From a virus, in the IMG/VR virus record IMGVR_UViG_3300036817_000176, positions 21,947 to 85,946 of that record: DNA of 64,000 bases; one strand, given 5' to 3'. A model generated the notes under the pieces. The model was not told the origin of the DNA and searched no databases. It saw nothing but the letters and a program-made list of their open reading frames with translations. Below are positions 39,761-48,654 of this stretch, piece by piece; within the stretch, counting starts at the first letter, position 1; every line of letters starts with the position of its first letter. A program made the translations under genes and the position numbers.

Positions 39761-40875
39761 TGGCACTAAGCATTCTGGAAAAAATCGCGCTGCAGAAACA
39801 GGCTGCAGGGCTGAAAGGGGAGCTCAAGAGCGGCACGCTGTCGATCATGGAAAAGCTCGGCAGGCAACGTGAGCTGGCCGTGATCATGGCTACCCTGAAA
39901 GGGGACGCGAAGCCCGCGCCGGTTCCGACCCCGGAACCCACGCCTGAACCTGGCGCCGGTGACGAGGAGGGGACCGATGAAGAGGCCGAGACAGAAGCCT
40001 CCCGCTCGGTGCAGGGCTTCGAGCTGGCAGGGGTCACCCATCCGGCATGGACCAAACCGTTCGCCAACAAGGCGGGGCTGTACGGCGGTGACGTGGTGGT
40101 GTCTAACGAGGGCCTGAACATCGCGATCATTCTGGTGCTGTCCGGTGGTAAAAGCCTGAGCCGCGACGATCTGAAGATCGCGTGGCCTGACTACATTGCA
40201 GGCACAAGCAAGGTCGAAGATTACCTCTCGATGCCAGCCCAGCGCGCGTGGGATGGCGTTTACAGCCCGTTCCCGCCCAAGATGCGTAAGAAGGTCCGCC
40301 GTCTGGTGGAGCAGGGCCTGAAGGTGGCGGAGCGGGCCTTCTCTGAGGGGATCGGCGAGTACCGCCTGACCCTCAAACCCGGTGCTTCGGTGGAAATTAC
40401 CCTCGGCAATGAGTCGGCCTCCGACTGGACCGTGGGGGCCGCGGCCGCGCGTCTGAAGCTGGCAAACCAGGGGCTGGAAGTGGTGGCGGGGATGCTGACC
40501 CAGGGTGACGCCCGCGCCGCCCGCGCCAAGCTGCTCGAGGAGCTGGCCAAGCTGGATCATAATGCCAACGATCTGACCAGCGAGGAGCGCACGAAAGCCA
40601 TCGAGGAGCTGCGCGCGTTGATGACCCATCCGGACATCGGCATCACCGCTGATACCATCAAGGATGCGCTCGACAAGCTGGTGGCCCTGCAGCCTGAAGC
40701 CGAACCGGAAACCACACTGTCAGAACGCTTTATGCGCGGTGACTTCAACACCGACGCGCCCGAATTGTTCCGCACGCGCATTCTGGCGGTTGCTGACGAG
40801 GGTCTGGTGCTCGATGACGTTAAAACCGGTGTGAACCGCTGGATCGAGGCGAACCCGGAGCTAATCGCCGCGTAA
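39760..40875 (+). CDS. ddrA: DdrA-like protein with inserted central domain
   Basis: Synteny; C-terminal LDDVKTGVNRWIEAN resembles the recalled P1 DdrA end. Confidence 0.65.
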   Translation: MALSILEKIALQKQAAGLKGELKSGTLSIMEKLGRQRELAVIMATLKGDAKPAPVPTPEPTPEPGAGDEEGTDEEAETEASRSVQGFELAGVTHPAWTKPFANKAGLYGGDVVVSNEGLNIAIILVLSGGKSLSRDDLKIAWPDYIAGTSKVEDYLSMPAQRAWDGVYSPFPPKMRKKVRRLVEQGLKVAERAFSEGIGEYRLTLKPGASVEITLGNESASDWTVGAAAARLKLANQGLEVVAGMLTQGDARAARAKLLEELAKLDHNANDLTSEERTKAIEELRALMTHPDIGITADTIKDALDKLVALQPEAEPETTLSERFMRGDFNTDAPELFRTRILAVADEGLVLDDVKTGVNRWIEANPELIAA

Positions 40876-40930
40876 ACCATCCTGGCGCGGGTGCCCACCC
40901 TTTCCCGCCGACGCCCCTTAAAGGGCTCAT

Positions 40931-43927
40931 ATGCAGTACAACATTCAAAAGGCCGTCCAGAGCATTCTGGGGGCGACCTCGCCCGTTGCGCTGGTGAAGG
41001 TCTTCGACGAGATCACCGCCGTACCCGTGGCCGCCGCCGCACTGCCTGAATCCGTGCCACCGGATGAGCTGGACCACGGGCGCGTCAGCTACGTGGCCAC
41101 CGTCAAAGGCGCGTCAGTTCGCACGGCGTTTAAGCTGGTGGAGGCCAACGCCCTGATCCCGTCAAACGGGCTGGACGGCAAGCTGAACGGCGCCTATCCG
41201 CAGGAGCTGCAGCCGCGCGACCGCACCCGTGTATCGAGCGTAATGCAGATAACCAAACTTTCCCGATCGCTGCAGCCTGCCCGCCTGACGGATTCAGGCT
41301 TGTCCAGCCACGGCGCGCCGATCATCGGCCCGGACCGCGTGGTGGAGTCGGGGAACGGCCGCACGATGGCCATCATCAAAGCCTACGTGGAGGGCAACGC
41401 CGGTGAATACCGGCAGTACCTGGAAGACAACGCCGAGCTCTACGGCTTTACCACCGCGCAGGTTAAATCCTTCAGCTCACCGGTCCTGGTGCGCGTGCGC
41501 CTCGATGAGGTGGATCGCGTCCAGTTCACCAAAGACAGCAACGTTTCTGACATGCAGGCCATGAGCCCCACAGAACAGGCCAGAATCGACGCAGAGGCTA
41601 TGGACGATGGGGTTATGTCCCTTTTTGCTCCCGGCTCGTCTGGGGACCTTCTGGCTGCGTCTAATCGCCCCTTTGTTTCGGCGTTTATGGCGAAGCTGAC
41701 CGGTGAGCAGGCGGCCGGGCTCTTAACCGCCGACGGGCGCCCGACCCGGCAGGTTATCGATCGTATCCGTGGCGCCATGTTTGCCCGGGCCTACCAGAAC
41801 GACAACCTGCTGCAGCTGGCCATCGAGGAACCGGACCCGGAGATCCGCAACGTCCTGACCGCGCTGACCACCGCCGCGCCCCAGTTCGTGCAGATGCGCG
41901 CGCTGTCCGGAGAGGCCCACAAGCAGACCACCGACGCCCTGGTTGAAAGCGTGGACATGAACCGCACGCTGGATGAAGAGGCCCTGTCGGCGCTGGTGGA
42001 GGCCACCACGATCGTGCGTGAGGCCCGCAACAATGGCCAGACGGTACCGGAGTATCTGGCGCAGGGTGACATGTTCGGCGATCGTGACCCGCAGGCGGCT
42101 GCGCTGGCCACCTTCATCGCGGCGAATAACCGCTCAACTAAGCGCATGGGCGAGGCCTTTACACAGATGGCTGACGAGATATGTCAGGTCCTCGCCCACA
42201 AAGGGTCTGCCGTGGCGGATATGTTCGGCGCGCCGCCGGTGGATCTGGTGAGCGTGCTCGCCCGGGTAAGTGACCATATGGCCGAGCTCTACGGAGAGAA
42301 GGCGGGGATCCAGGTCGGGATGTTCGACAGCTTCGACTATGCCCGGCAGGCACTGCTGCTGGACGTTACCAGTCGGATCCTCCGCTCCACGTCCATTCCC
42401 GGGCTACTGGACATGTTTGACGCGGTGACCACCCTCGACAAGGGGGCCCGGCAGGCGAAGACCCGCGCCCTGATTGGGGAGGTGATCGGCCGGTTCCACG
42501 CCGTGAGCGACATCGAGGCGCTGGCCGTGGCCCTGAAAGACCTCAACGCCATCCTGAGTCTGGCCAGCGATATCACACGCAAGGCCCGGGCGGAGCAGTG
42601 GGAAACCTCGCCGGTCAATGTCTGGTTCGGCGGCAATGCGGAGGACGGAAGCTGGATCAATCGCCTGCGCCCGGCCGCTGAGCTGGTCCTGCTGGCCATG
42701 ACTGCAGCTGAGGACAAGGCCACTAAACCGGAGGACCTTTCTGAACGACTGGCCTCCCTGGAATCTGACTTCGAGGGGACTCTGACGGGTACGTCATTCC
42801 CGCCGACGGACGCGCTGCTGTCGTGGATCACCGGCAGGCCCACCACCACTGACACGCTACGGGCTTCATTCGTCTCGGAACGCACGCAGCAGTTCGGGCA
42901 TGACGCGAAGGAGTTTGAACAGCAGATCCGCGCCCTGGGCATCCATGAGAAGGCCGACAAAGACGCCACCAGCCGCTTCATACAGCAGAACATGACCCGG
43001 GAGAAGGTGCGCGCGCTGGTGGATGCTGACCCGAACTATCAGGCGCTCACTGACGCCCAGCGTGAAAGTATCGCCGCCCACGTCGCCCGTGCGGCCATGG
43101 AGATACCGGACGGGTCGAAAGACATCACCAAGCCGGTGTATACCGCCCTGACGACGTTTGCCGAGCAGCAGAAAGGCCAGCCGAACCGCTCCGCGTCCTA
43201 TCAGGCGGCCAACCAGCTATATCAATCCCTGCGCAAGCAACTGTTAGCCACCCAGAAGCCGACCCTCGTTGGTACGGAATCCCTGCGCAAGATGGTGGAC
43301 CAGCTGGTGGAGGGTGTGATGCCTGACAGCGAAGCGGCCGCCATGGGGGCGAAGACGAAGATCCGCATTAAGTCCGCCAGTCTGGCCAGAGGCTATGAGC
43401 TCCCGGCGATGAAAGAGGACATGAACCGGTTCTATCAGATCGTGTCCGGGCAGACCGCGACGCCTGAGCTGGTGCGCACGGCAAAACGGGCCCACGCCAG
43501 CCGGAAAGACAACCATATCAACAGCGGCGAGGGGATGACCAAAACCACGTTGTGGCACGAGATGGGGCACTTTGTTGAGTACCAGCACCCTGAGCTGCTG
43601 GCGGCCGCTAAGGCGCTGCTGAAGCGCCGCATGGATGCCATACCGGAGAAGCTGGGCAAGATCGCCTATCTCAAGAACATGACCGGCTCGAAGTCCTACG
43701 GGAAAGAGGTGGCGATCAACGACGGCTTCTATAACCCGTATGTGGGCAAGGTCTACGGTGAGCTGGGTATTGAAGGCACAAATGCGACTGAGGTCTTTTC
43801 GATGGGCTTCCAGGCGCTGGCGACCGACGCCGAACTGGCCCGGCTGGCCATGAAAGATCCGGAGCACCTGTCGCTGGTGATGGCGGCCATCAAGATGCTG
43901 GGCATCAAATACAAGGAGTCCCGCTAA
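40931..43927 (+). CDS. ddrB: DdrB (ParB-like N-domain, C-terminal HEXXH)
   Basis: YPQELQPRDRTR and VVESGNGR motifs; LWHEMGH; 998 aa. Confidence 0.92.
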   Translation: MQYNIQKAVQSILGATSPVALVKVFDEITAVPVAAAALPESVPPDELDHGRVSYVATVKGASVRTAFKLVEANALIPSNGLDGKLNGAYPQELQPRDRTRVSSVMQITKLSRSLQPARLTDSGLSSHGAPIIGPDRVVESGNGRTMAIIKAYVEGNAGEYRQYLEDNAELYGFTTAQVKSFSSPVLVRVRLDEVDRVQFTKDSNVSDMQAMSPTEQARIDAEAMDDGVMSLFAPGSSGDLLAASNRPFVSAFMAKLTGEQAAGLLTADGRPTRQVIDRIRGAMFARAYQNDNLLQLAIEEPDPEIRNVLTALTTAAPQFVQMRALSGEAHKQTTDALVESVDMNRTLDEEALSALVEATTIVREARNNGQTVPEYLAQGDMFGDRDPQAAALATFIAANNRSTKRMGEAFTQMADEICQVLAHKGSAVADMFGAPPVDLVSVLARVSDHMAELYGEKAGIQVGMFDSFDYARQALLLDVTSRILRSTSIPGLLDMFDAVTTLDKGARQAKTRALIGEVIGRFHAVSDIEALAVALKDLNAILSLASDITRKARAEQWETSPVNVWFGGNAEDGSWINRLRPAAELVLLAMTAAEDKATKPEDLSERLASLESDFEGTLTGTSFPPTDALLSWITGRPTTTDTLRASFVSERTQQFGHDAKEFEQQIRALGIHEKADKDATSRFIQQNMTREKVRALVDADPNYQALTDAQRESIAAHVARAAMEIPDGSKDITKPVYTALTTFAEQQKGQPNRSASYQAANQLYQSLRKQLLATQKPTLVGTESLRKMVDQLVEGVMPDSEAAAMGAKTKIRIKSASLARGYELPAMKEDMNRFYQIVSGQTATPELVRTAKRAHASRKDNHINSGEGMTKTTLWHEMGHFVEYQHPELLAAAKALLKRRMDAIPEKLGKIAYLKNMTGSKSYGKEVAINDGFYNPYVGKVYGELGIEGTNATEVFSMGFQALATDAELARLAMKDPEHLSLVMAAIKMLGIKYKESR

Positions 43928-44286
43928 TGCAACTGACACTGGTTTACCTCACCCTCGAGGTGAGTATCGACCTGGACGCGCCGACGGCGGACTACCGTTG
44001 CGACATGACCGTTTACCCGGACTGGCTGCAGGCAACCTTTGAGGAGTTTTGCGCCGGTGAGGATGACGGGCGCGGTATTCCGATGGCGGCCGGTGCCTAT
44101 ACGGCAATGGGCATCGAGGGCGTATTTGCCCGCATGGGGATAGACGTTGACGGAGTGGGAGAGGTAGCGCAGGATCTGGACGGTGAACAGGAAGTAGGGG
44201 AGTCGGAATCGGCCCCGCTGCTGGATGGGTACGTGCCGCGCCATGTGGCCGAGCATTACGCACTGCTGGACAAACTGAAGCGATAA
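43927..44286 (+). CDS. Acidic small protein at the hxr position
   Basis: TAATG-coupled to ddrB; call rests on synteny only. Confidence 0.6.
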   Translation: MQLTLVYLTLEVSIDLDAPTADYRCDMTVYPDWLQATFEEFCAGEDDGRGIPMAAGAYTAMGIEGVFARMGIDVDGVGEVAQDLDGEQEVGESESAPLLDGYVPRHVAEHYALLDKLKR

Positions 44287-44315
44287 AAAAAACGGGCGCA
44301 CGAATGCGCCCGTTT
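44285..44315. terminator. Hairpin terminator, likely bidirectional
   Basis: A8-CGGGCGCA-CGAA-TGCGCCCG-TTT. Confidence 0.7.
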
Positions 44316-44399
44316 CCCCTTCCCCGCTCCAGCCTACAGTGTGTGTAGTTAGGGCTGGGTGCCCGTAAACATCCTAACCTTTTTTTGAGAGAATGATCA

Positions 44400-44867
44400 A
44401 TGACTATCAAATTTATTACCGTCCATTGTTCCGCAACCCCCGGTTCCCGTGACATCGGCGCCAAAGAAATTACGGCCATGCACCTGCAGCGGGGCTTTCG
44501 CACGATCGGGTATCACTACGTCATTCGTCGTGACGGCACGGTAGAGGCAGGCCGCCCGGAGAACCAGCAGGGTGCCCATGTGGAAGGGCATAACCCGAAC
44601 AACCTCGGGATCTGCCTGGTCGGTGGGGTCAATCAGGCGATGAAGTCTGAGTGTAACTACACCGAAGCCCAGTTCGCCGCGCTGGCCGAGCTGGTGAAGA
44701 AGCTGCAGGCGAAACACAACGTGCCAGACAACGCCATTAAGGGTCACCGTGACTGGTTCGGCGATACCAACGGCGACGGCAAGATCGACAGCCGCGACTG
44801 GCTGAAGGACTGCCCGTGCTTCGACGTGCGCACCTGGTTCAAGGGGATCAACGTTAAGCCTAAGTGA
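44400..44867 (+). CDS. N-acetylmuramoyl-L-alanine amidase endolysin (T7 lysozyme-like)
   Basis: VHCSAT, IGYHYVIRRDG, GAH, GICLVGG, GHRD and KDCPCFDV motifs. Confidence 0.95.
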   Translation: MTIKFITVHCSATPGSRDIGAKEITAMHLQRGFRTIGYHYVIRRDGTVEAGRPENQQGAHVEGHNPNNLGICLVGGVNQAMKSECNYTEAQFAALAELVKKLQAKHNVPDNAIKGHRDWFGDTNGDGKIDSRDWLKDCPCFDVRTWFKGINVKPK

Positions 44868-44874
44868 TAGCCAC

Positions 44875-44900
44875 AAAAAAGCCGCCTGCGGGCGGCTTTT
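44875..44900. terminator. Bidirectional terminator
   Basis: AAAAAAGCCGCC-TGCG-GGCGGCTTTT between convergent genes. Confidence 0.85.
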
Positions 44901-44936
44901 ACACACTGTGGGCGGGCTGTTTTGCGCCTGCAGGCA

Positions 44937-45281
44937 TCACTTCTGGGTTATAGCGTTCAGAGCATCATGTGCTTCACACATCAGCTGCGAATAGGCCGTC
45001 TTACGCTCATGGAGCGCCTGCAGCATATCATTCGACTGGCCGATGATGGATTCCAGTACCGCCTCTTTCGTGTCGTAAAAATCATATTTCTCATGAGAAT
45101 AAACGAGACTATCACTGCTGGCGTTGATCCTGACGTGGTAGCCGTCTGAAATCTCTTTAATGACTTCGTAGCGGTTCAGGTAGGCATTGAGGTCAAATAC
45201 GCCACCATCACCGCGAAGTGGATTCTTGCGTGTAACCCAGATATAACGCAGGTCCGTCGCTGGCTTATTGGTTTCTTTCAT
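44937..45281 (-). CDS. Hypothetical protein (paralog of upstream gene)
   Basis: YSHEKYDFYDT motif; coupled. Confidence 0.75.
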   Translation of the reverse strand: MKETNKPATDLRYIWVTRKNPLRGDGGVFDLNAYLNRYEVIKEISDGYHVRINASSDSLVYSHEKYDFYDTKEAVLESIIGQSNDMLQALHERKTAYSQLMCEAHDALNAITQK

Positions 45282-45595
45282 GTTGTCGGCTCCTCAATCA
45301 CTGCCTGCTCAACCTCCTGCAGGAAGTTAACAAGCGCTTTCTCACGCTCCTCCAGATCCTCAAGCACCTCTTTAGCGGCAAACTCCAGGTGAAGCAGAGC
45401 CGCTATCCGGGTGTCAAAAAAGTCGTAGTCGCTATGCAGATACATCGAACCCTTTTCCCTGTCACTGACCACCAGGCGCAGGCCTTTCGGGGTTTCGTTC
45501 ATCACTTCGCGCACCTGAATGCAGTTTTCCAGCTTGCGGGTAGGGTAGTGGAGCGTTATTGGTTTCTTTTCCAGCACAAACACGGTCTTGCCCAT
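45278..45595 (-). CDS. Hypothetical protein
   Basis: TAATG start at 45595; YLHSDYDFFDT motif. Confidence 0.75.
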   Translation of the reverse strand: MGKTVFVLEKKPITLHYPTRKLENCIQVREVMNETPKGLRLVVSDREKGSMYLHSDYDFFDTRIAALLHLEFAAKEVLEDLEEREKALVNFLQEVEQAVIEEPTT

Positions 45596-45933
45596 TATTT
45601 CATCTCCGGCAGGCGATACAGTGGAGCCACACGGTAATGCGGCTCGCAATTAACATCGATCTCGTCGATGGCGTTTAGTGTTTCTACCTCTTTTTCGATG
45701 TGCTGCAGGTTGCCCGAGACGCAAAACTCAGCAAAATGCGGCCCGCCATCAGGGTCAGCGATGCCGTACATGAATGGCTTAGCAGTCAGCGTAGCGAGTG
45801 CATTTTCGAGCAAGGCAATGCTCACCTCACATGCCGAACGCTCAGCGGGTGATGGTGTGGCTTCTGCGATCTCCCGTGCTGCCCCTATGCGCTCCTGCGC
45901 GCACCATATCAAATGCTCTTTTGTGAACTGCAT
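45595..45933 (-). CDS. EaA-like lambdoid early protein
   Basis: MQFTKEHLI...LLENALATLTAKP...PLYRLP. Confidence 0.65.
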   Translation of the reverse strand: MQFTKEHLIWCAQERIGAAREIAEATPSPAERSACEVSIALLENALATLTAKPFMYGIADPDGGPHFAEFCVSGNLQHIEKEVETLNAIDEIDVNCEPHYRVAPLYRLPEMK

Positions 45934-46187
45934 TATTTCCTCCCTGCATGGCAATAGTGCTCACCGTTCGGGCGTGTTGTCGTCGTTCCGCACCGCTCAC
46001 AGGTAAACGACTCCTCCGGCTCGGAGTGGACGCCATCAGGCGCGGTAAGCGTAGCCAGTGCGATTTCCAATATGCGCAGATTCATCAGCGCCTCAATCCG
46101 GTACTTCTCGTTAATCTGCACGTCAGGCTTTATGCGCGCGGCCTTGTCAGTGATATGCGCGATCAGCTGCTCAGTTGTGAATTGCAT
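45933..46187 (-). CDS. EaA-like protein with C-terminal Cys/His finger
   Basis: MQFTTEQLI...LEIALATLTAP...CERCG...HYC. Confidence 0.65.
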   Translation of the reverse strand: MQFTTEQLIAHITDKAARIKPDVQINEKYRIEALMNLRILEIALATLTAPDGVHSEPEESFTCERCGTTTTRPNGEHYCHAGRK

Positions 46188-46816
46188 TATTTAACATCCC
46201 ACTGCAGAAGTGCGTCATGCAACGCGGTGGCGCCGCGGGTCATGGCTGCTGCGTCGTCATAGCTAATGCCGCGAGCATCCATTACGCAGTCCGTGTCCAT
46301 GACATCGCTGCAATCATCTAGCGCCGTGCGCATTAGCTCGCCAGTTAGCCCAGCCAGCGCGATCTCCACCAGCGAAAGACTCTTTCTTAACTCCCCCTCG
46401 ATCTGCGGGAATGGCGATTTGCCGATGGATTCAGTCAGTTTCGCTTTGCACTCTTCCGCGAACTGAATCAGCTGCGCTTTCGTGAGCTCCGCGGTTTGTT
46501 CAGGTTCGTTGGCCACAGCATCATCCAGCACGTTTTCGGCCCAGTCCCGGTCAAAACCCGGCATCGCTGGCAGTGTCGCTACAACGTCCTTCGGTATCGC
46601 GTCGATGTAATCCAGCGCAGCACGGGCAACAGACTTGACGTCTTTTGTGTTAAAGCCAGCGGTGATCACGCTATCAACGAACTTTTCAACGGCCTGACAT
46701 TTGTCTTCGGTCAGCTTGCGCTCCAGATCGAACTCAATAGAGTCGATAACAGCCGATACATAGCCTTCTTGCGAGCTAAGCATCGCATCGTGAATCATCT
46801 GGGTTAAGTTACTCAT
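46187..46816 (-). CDS. Mosaic lambdoid early protein
   Basis: LPAMPGFDRDW module plus LTKAQLI...EIALAGL. Confidence 0.65.
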   Translation of the reverse strand: MSNLTQMIHDAMLSSQEGYVSAVIDSIEFDLERKLTEDKCQAVEKFVDSVITAGFNTKDVKSVARAALDYIDAIPKDVVATLPAMPGFDRDWAENVLDDAVANEPEQTAELTKAQLIQFAEECKAKLTESIGKSPFPQIEGELRKSLSLVEIALAGLTGELMRTALDDCSDVMDTDCVMDARGISYDDAAAMTRGATALHDALLQWDVK

Positions 46817-47507
46817 CGCTCTTATCCTCAAGCGCGGCGAGGCGGCTAATTTCTTTAATCCCCAGTCGGGTGGCTACGCCCAGGGCGGTCGCTTCCAGCT
46901 CTGCCTTGCCGCTTGCTACGATCTTATCCATGGACTCCTGAATCAGCTCCGTGGTGAATGACAGGTTGGCTGGCAGGTTATCAATGACGGTAGAGAGGCC
47001 AGAATAGAGCTCGGTCAGTTCGCGCTTGCTCGCCTTGCCCTTCGCCACCAGCTCACCCAGTTCTGCCATTTTTTCGTTGAGCTTTTCGAGCTGGCGCCGT
47101 GTCGCTTCCTGAATTTGACGGTCGTAACGTTCGCGTGTGGATTCGACATGACCTACGTGCGGCAGGTCTACATAGCCGTCAGTGCGGATTGACTTCAGGG
47201 TGCATGGCACGCCGTCGCCCATGCCGAAGCTGGTGATCATCGCGGCCCATTGCGCGGGAGAGAGGCTGACGGACAGCAGCGGTCCGTTGCGGCGGGTCCG
47301 GCGGTAACGGATGTCGCCGTCCTGCTCAAGCTGTTCGGCCTCATGAAACGTCATGGTGATCACCTCACGGTGAACCAGGTCGGATGCAAACAGGCGCGTG
47401 CCGCTGCTATGCAGCCGGTTAACAGATACCAGCCCAAAGGCCGGGTGATTGGTCAGGGTTTCGCTGGTGGTTTCAGTCACTGTCGGGGTGACCGTTGGGG
47501 TCTTCAT
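46809..47507 (-). CDS. Conserved hypothetical phage protein
   Basis: HPAFG...LF.SD...SPAQWA..ITS..MGDGVPCTL. Confidence 0.75.
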   Translation of the reverse strand: MKTPTVTPTVTETTSETLTNHPAFGLVSVNRLHSSGTRLFASDLVHREVITMTFHEAEQLEQDGDIRYRRTRRNGPLLSVSLSPAQWAAMITSFGMGDGVPCTLKSIRTDGYVDLPHVGHVESTRERYDRQIQEATRRQLEKLNEKMAELGELVAKGKASKRELTELYSGLSTVIDNLPANLSFTTELIQESMDKIVASGKAELEATALGVATRLGIKEISRLAALEDKSDE

Positions 47508-47748
47508 TCTTGTTCTCTCGCTCGGCATCGGCGGCGTCACACACCGCATCTAAGTGTTTTTGCTGCCATTCGGACAGCTTCATCCCTTCCCGCCTGGCCT
47601 GCGCGACGTACCGGCTCTTTCGTTGCGGCGTAACGCGCTGCTGGATGGTGGCGGTAGCTGGCGCAGTGTCTTTTTGCGCCAGTTTGTTCCCGGTCAGGGT
47701 TTCGTATTTCTTCATGGTTTCTCGCAGGTGATTGGGGCTCCCGGCCAT
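47473..47748 (-). CDS. Small ribbon-helix-helix-like DNA-binding protein
   Basis: TIQQRVTPQRKSRYVAQARREGMKLSEW. Confidence 0.65.
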   Translation of the reverse strand: MAGSPNHLRETMKKYETLTGNKLAQKDTAPATATIQQRVTPQRKSRYVAQARREGMKLSEWQQKHLDAVCDAADAERENKNEDPNGHPDSD

Positions 47749-48200
47749 TAACTCCTTCGATGGAGTGTAATGTCCATTTCCAGTGCGGTGGCGTGCGCTA
47801 CGTCAATGCGTGCGGCCTTATACACCTCGTTATAGACCTCATCCCAAATATACTGGCGGTTGCGAAATTCAACGGGCTTTTTCAACGGGTAGGCCTCATC
47901 GCGGATCGCCTGGTTGCGGATGAGGTGATAAGCCAGGGCCAAATCGTATGCCTTATCAAGCTCGATTTCCCGGCTCATCCGGTCCATGGCGCCCCAGTTC
48001 GCAGCACGGCGGTGGAATGAAGTATCGAAAGCATCATTAAGGCCACGCGCCTCGGTATGCGCTTCTTCCACCAGCTCGGCGATTTCGGCCTGGGTCATGT
48101 TGCGCAGATCAGGCAAAAAACCCACTAAGTCAGCGTCGATATCATGGGAAGGGGTAGCTACTGCATTGATGGTGATTAAGGCTTTCAGCATTGGTTTCAT
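47748..48200 (-). CDS. Hypothetical protein
   Basis: AAGGGA RBS before ATG 48200; downstream of a sigma70 promoter. Confidence 0.7.
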   Translation of the reverse strand: MKPMLKALITINAVATPSHDIDADLVGFLPDLRNMTQAEIAELVEEAHTEARGLNDAFDTSFHRRAANWGAMDRMSREIELDKAYDLALAYHLIRNQAIRDEAYPLKKPVEFRNRQYIWDEVYNEVYKAARIDVAHATALEMDITLHRRS

Positions 48201-48263
48201 GGGGGAGTCCCTTAGTGCCCGGAAACGCCGGGGCGTATGCCCGCAACTGCGGTCAGTGTGATA

Positions 48264-48303
48264 ACAATATTCCTCCTTTAACCGATTGTCAATACAAACG
48301 GTT
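48264..48303 (-). promoter_or_regulatory. Sigma70 promoter with a palindromic operator over the -35
   Basis: TTGACA-17-TATTGT on minus strand; AACCGATTGT-CAAT-ACAAACGGTT at 48280-48303. Confidence 0.75.
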
Positions 48304-48386
48304 GGAGTGAGAAGGGCGGCCACATGTGCGATGGAGGGAAACTTATCAACGCTGGCGGGTACGGCCGCTATTGGGAAGTTGTTAAG

Positions 48387-48635
48387 TTATCCACTGGATA
48401 GATCCCATAAGAGATCCCTAAAGAGATCCATACAGTACCAAACAGATCCCGGCAGGCTGCAAGCCGCTCCGGTTGTGGCTTCAAGGCACTTTAGGATGTG
48501 TGCTGGAGGGGAAAAGGTGTGCGCTGGAGGGAAAAAGATGTGTGCTGGAGGGTTGTAAATGTGTGCTGGAGGGAATTAAGATGTGTGCTGAAGGGAAAAA
48601 ACAGGCCTTATTCACGATCTTTCGTCTTATCCACA
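48387..48635 (+). repeat. P1-type oriR: DnaA boxes, AGATCC(C/A) repeats, five 19-bp iterons
   Basis: TTATCCACT 48387, TTATCCACA 48627; AGATCCM at 48400/48412/48424/48444; GATGTGTGCTGGAGGGAAA-like iterons at 48495, 48516, 48537, 48558, 48580. Confidence 0.95.
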
Positions 48636-48654
48636 GAGTGATGGTAACTGATTG

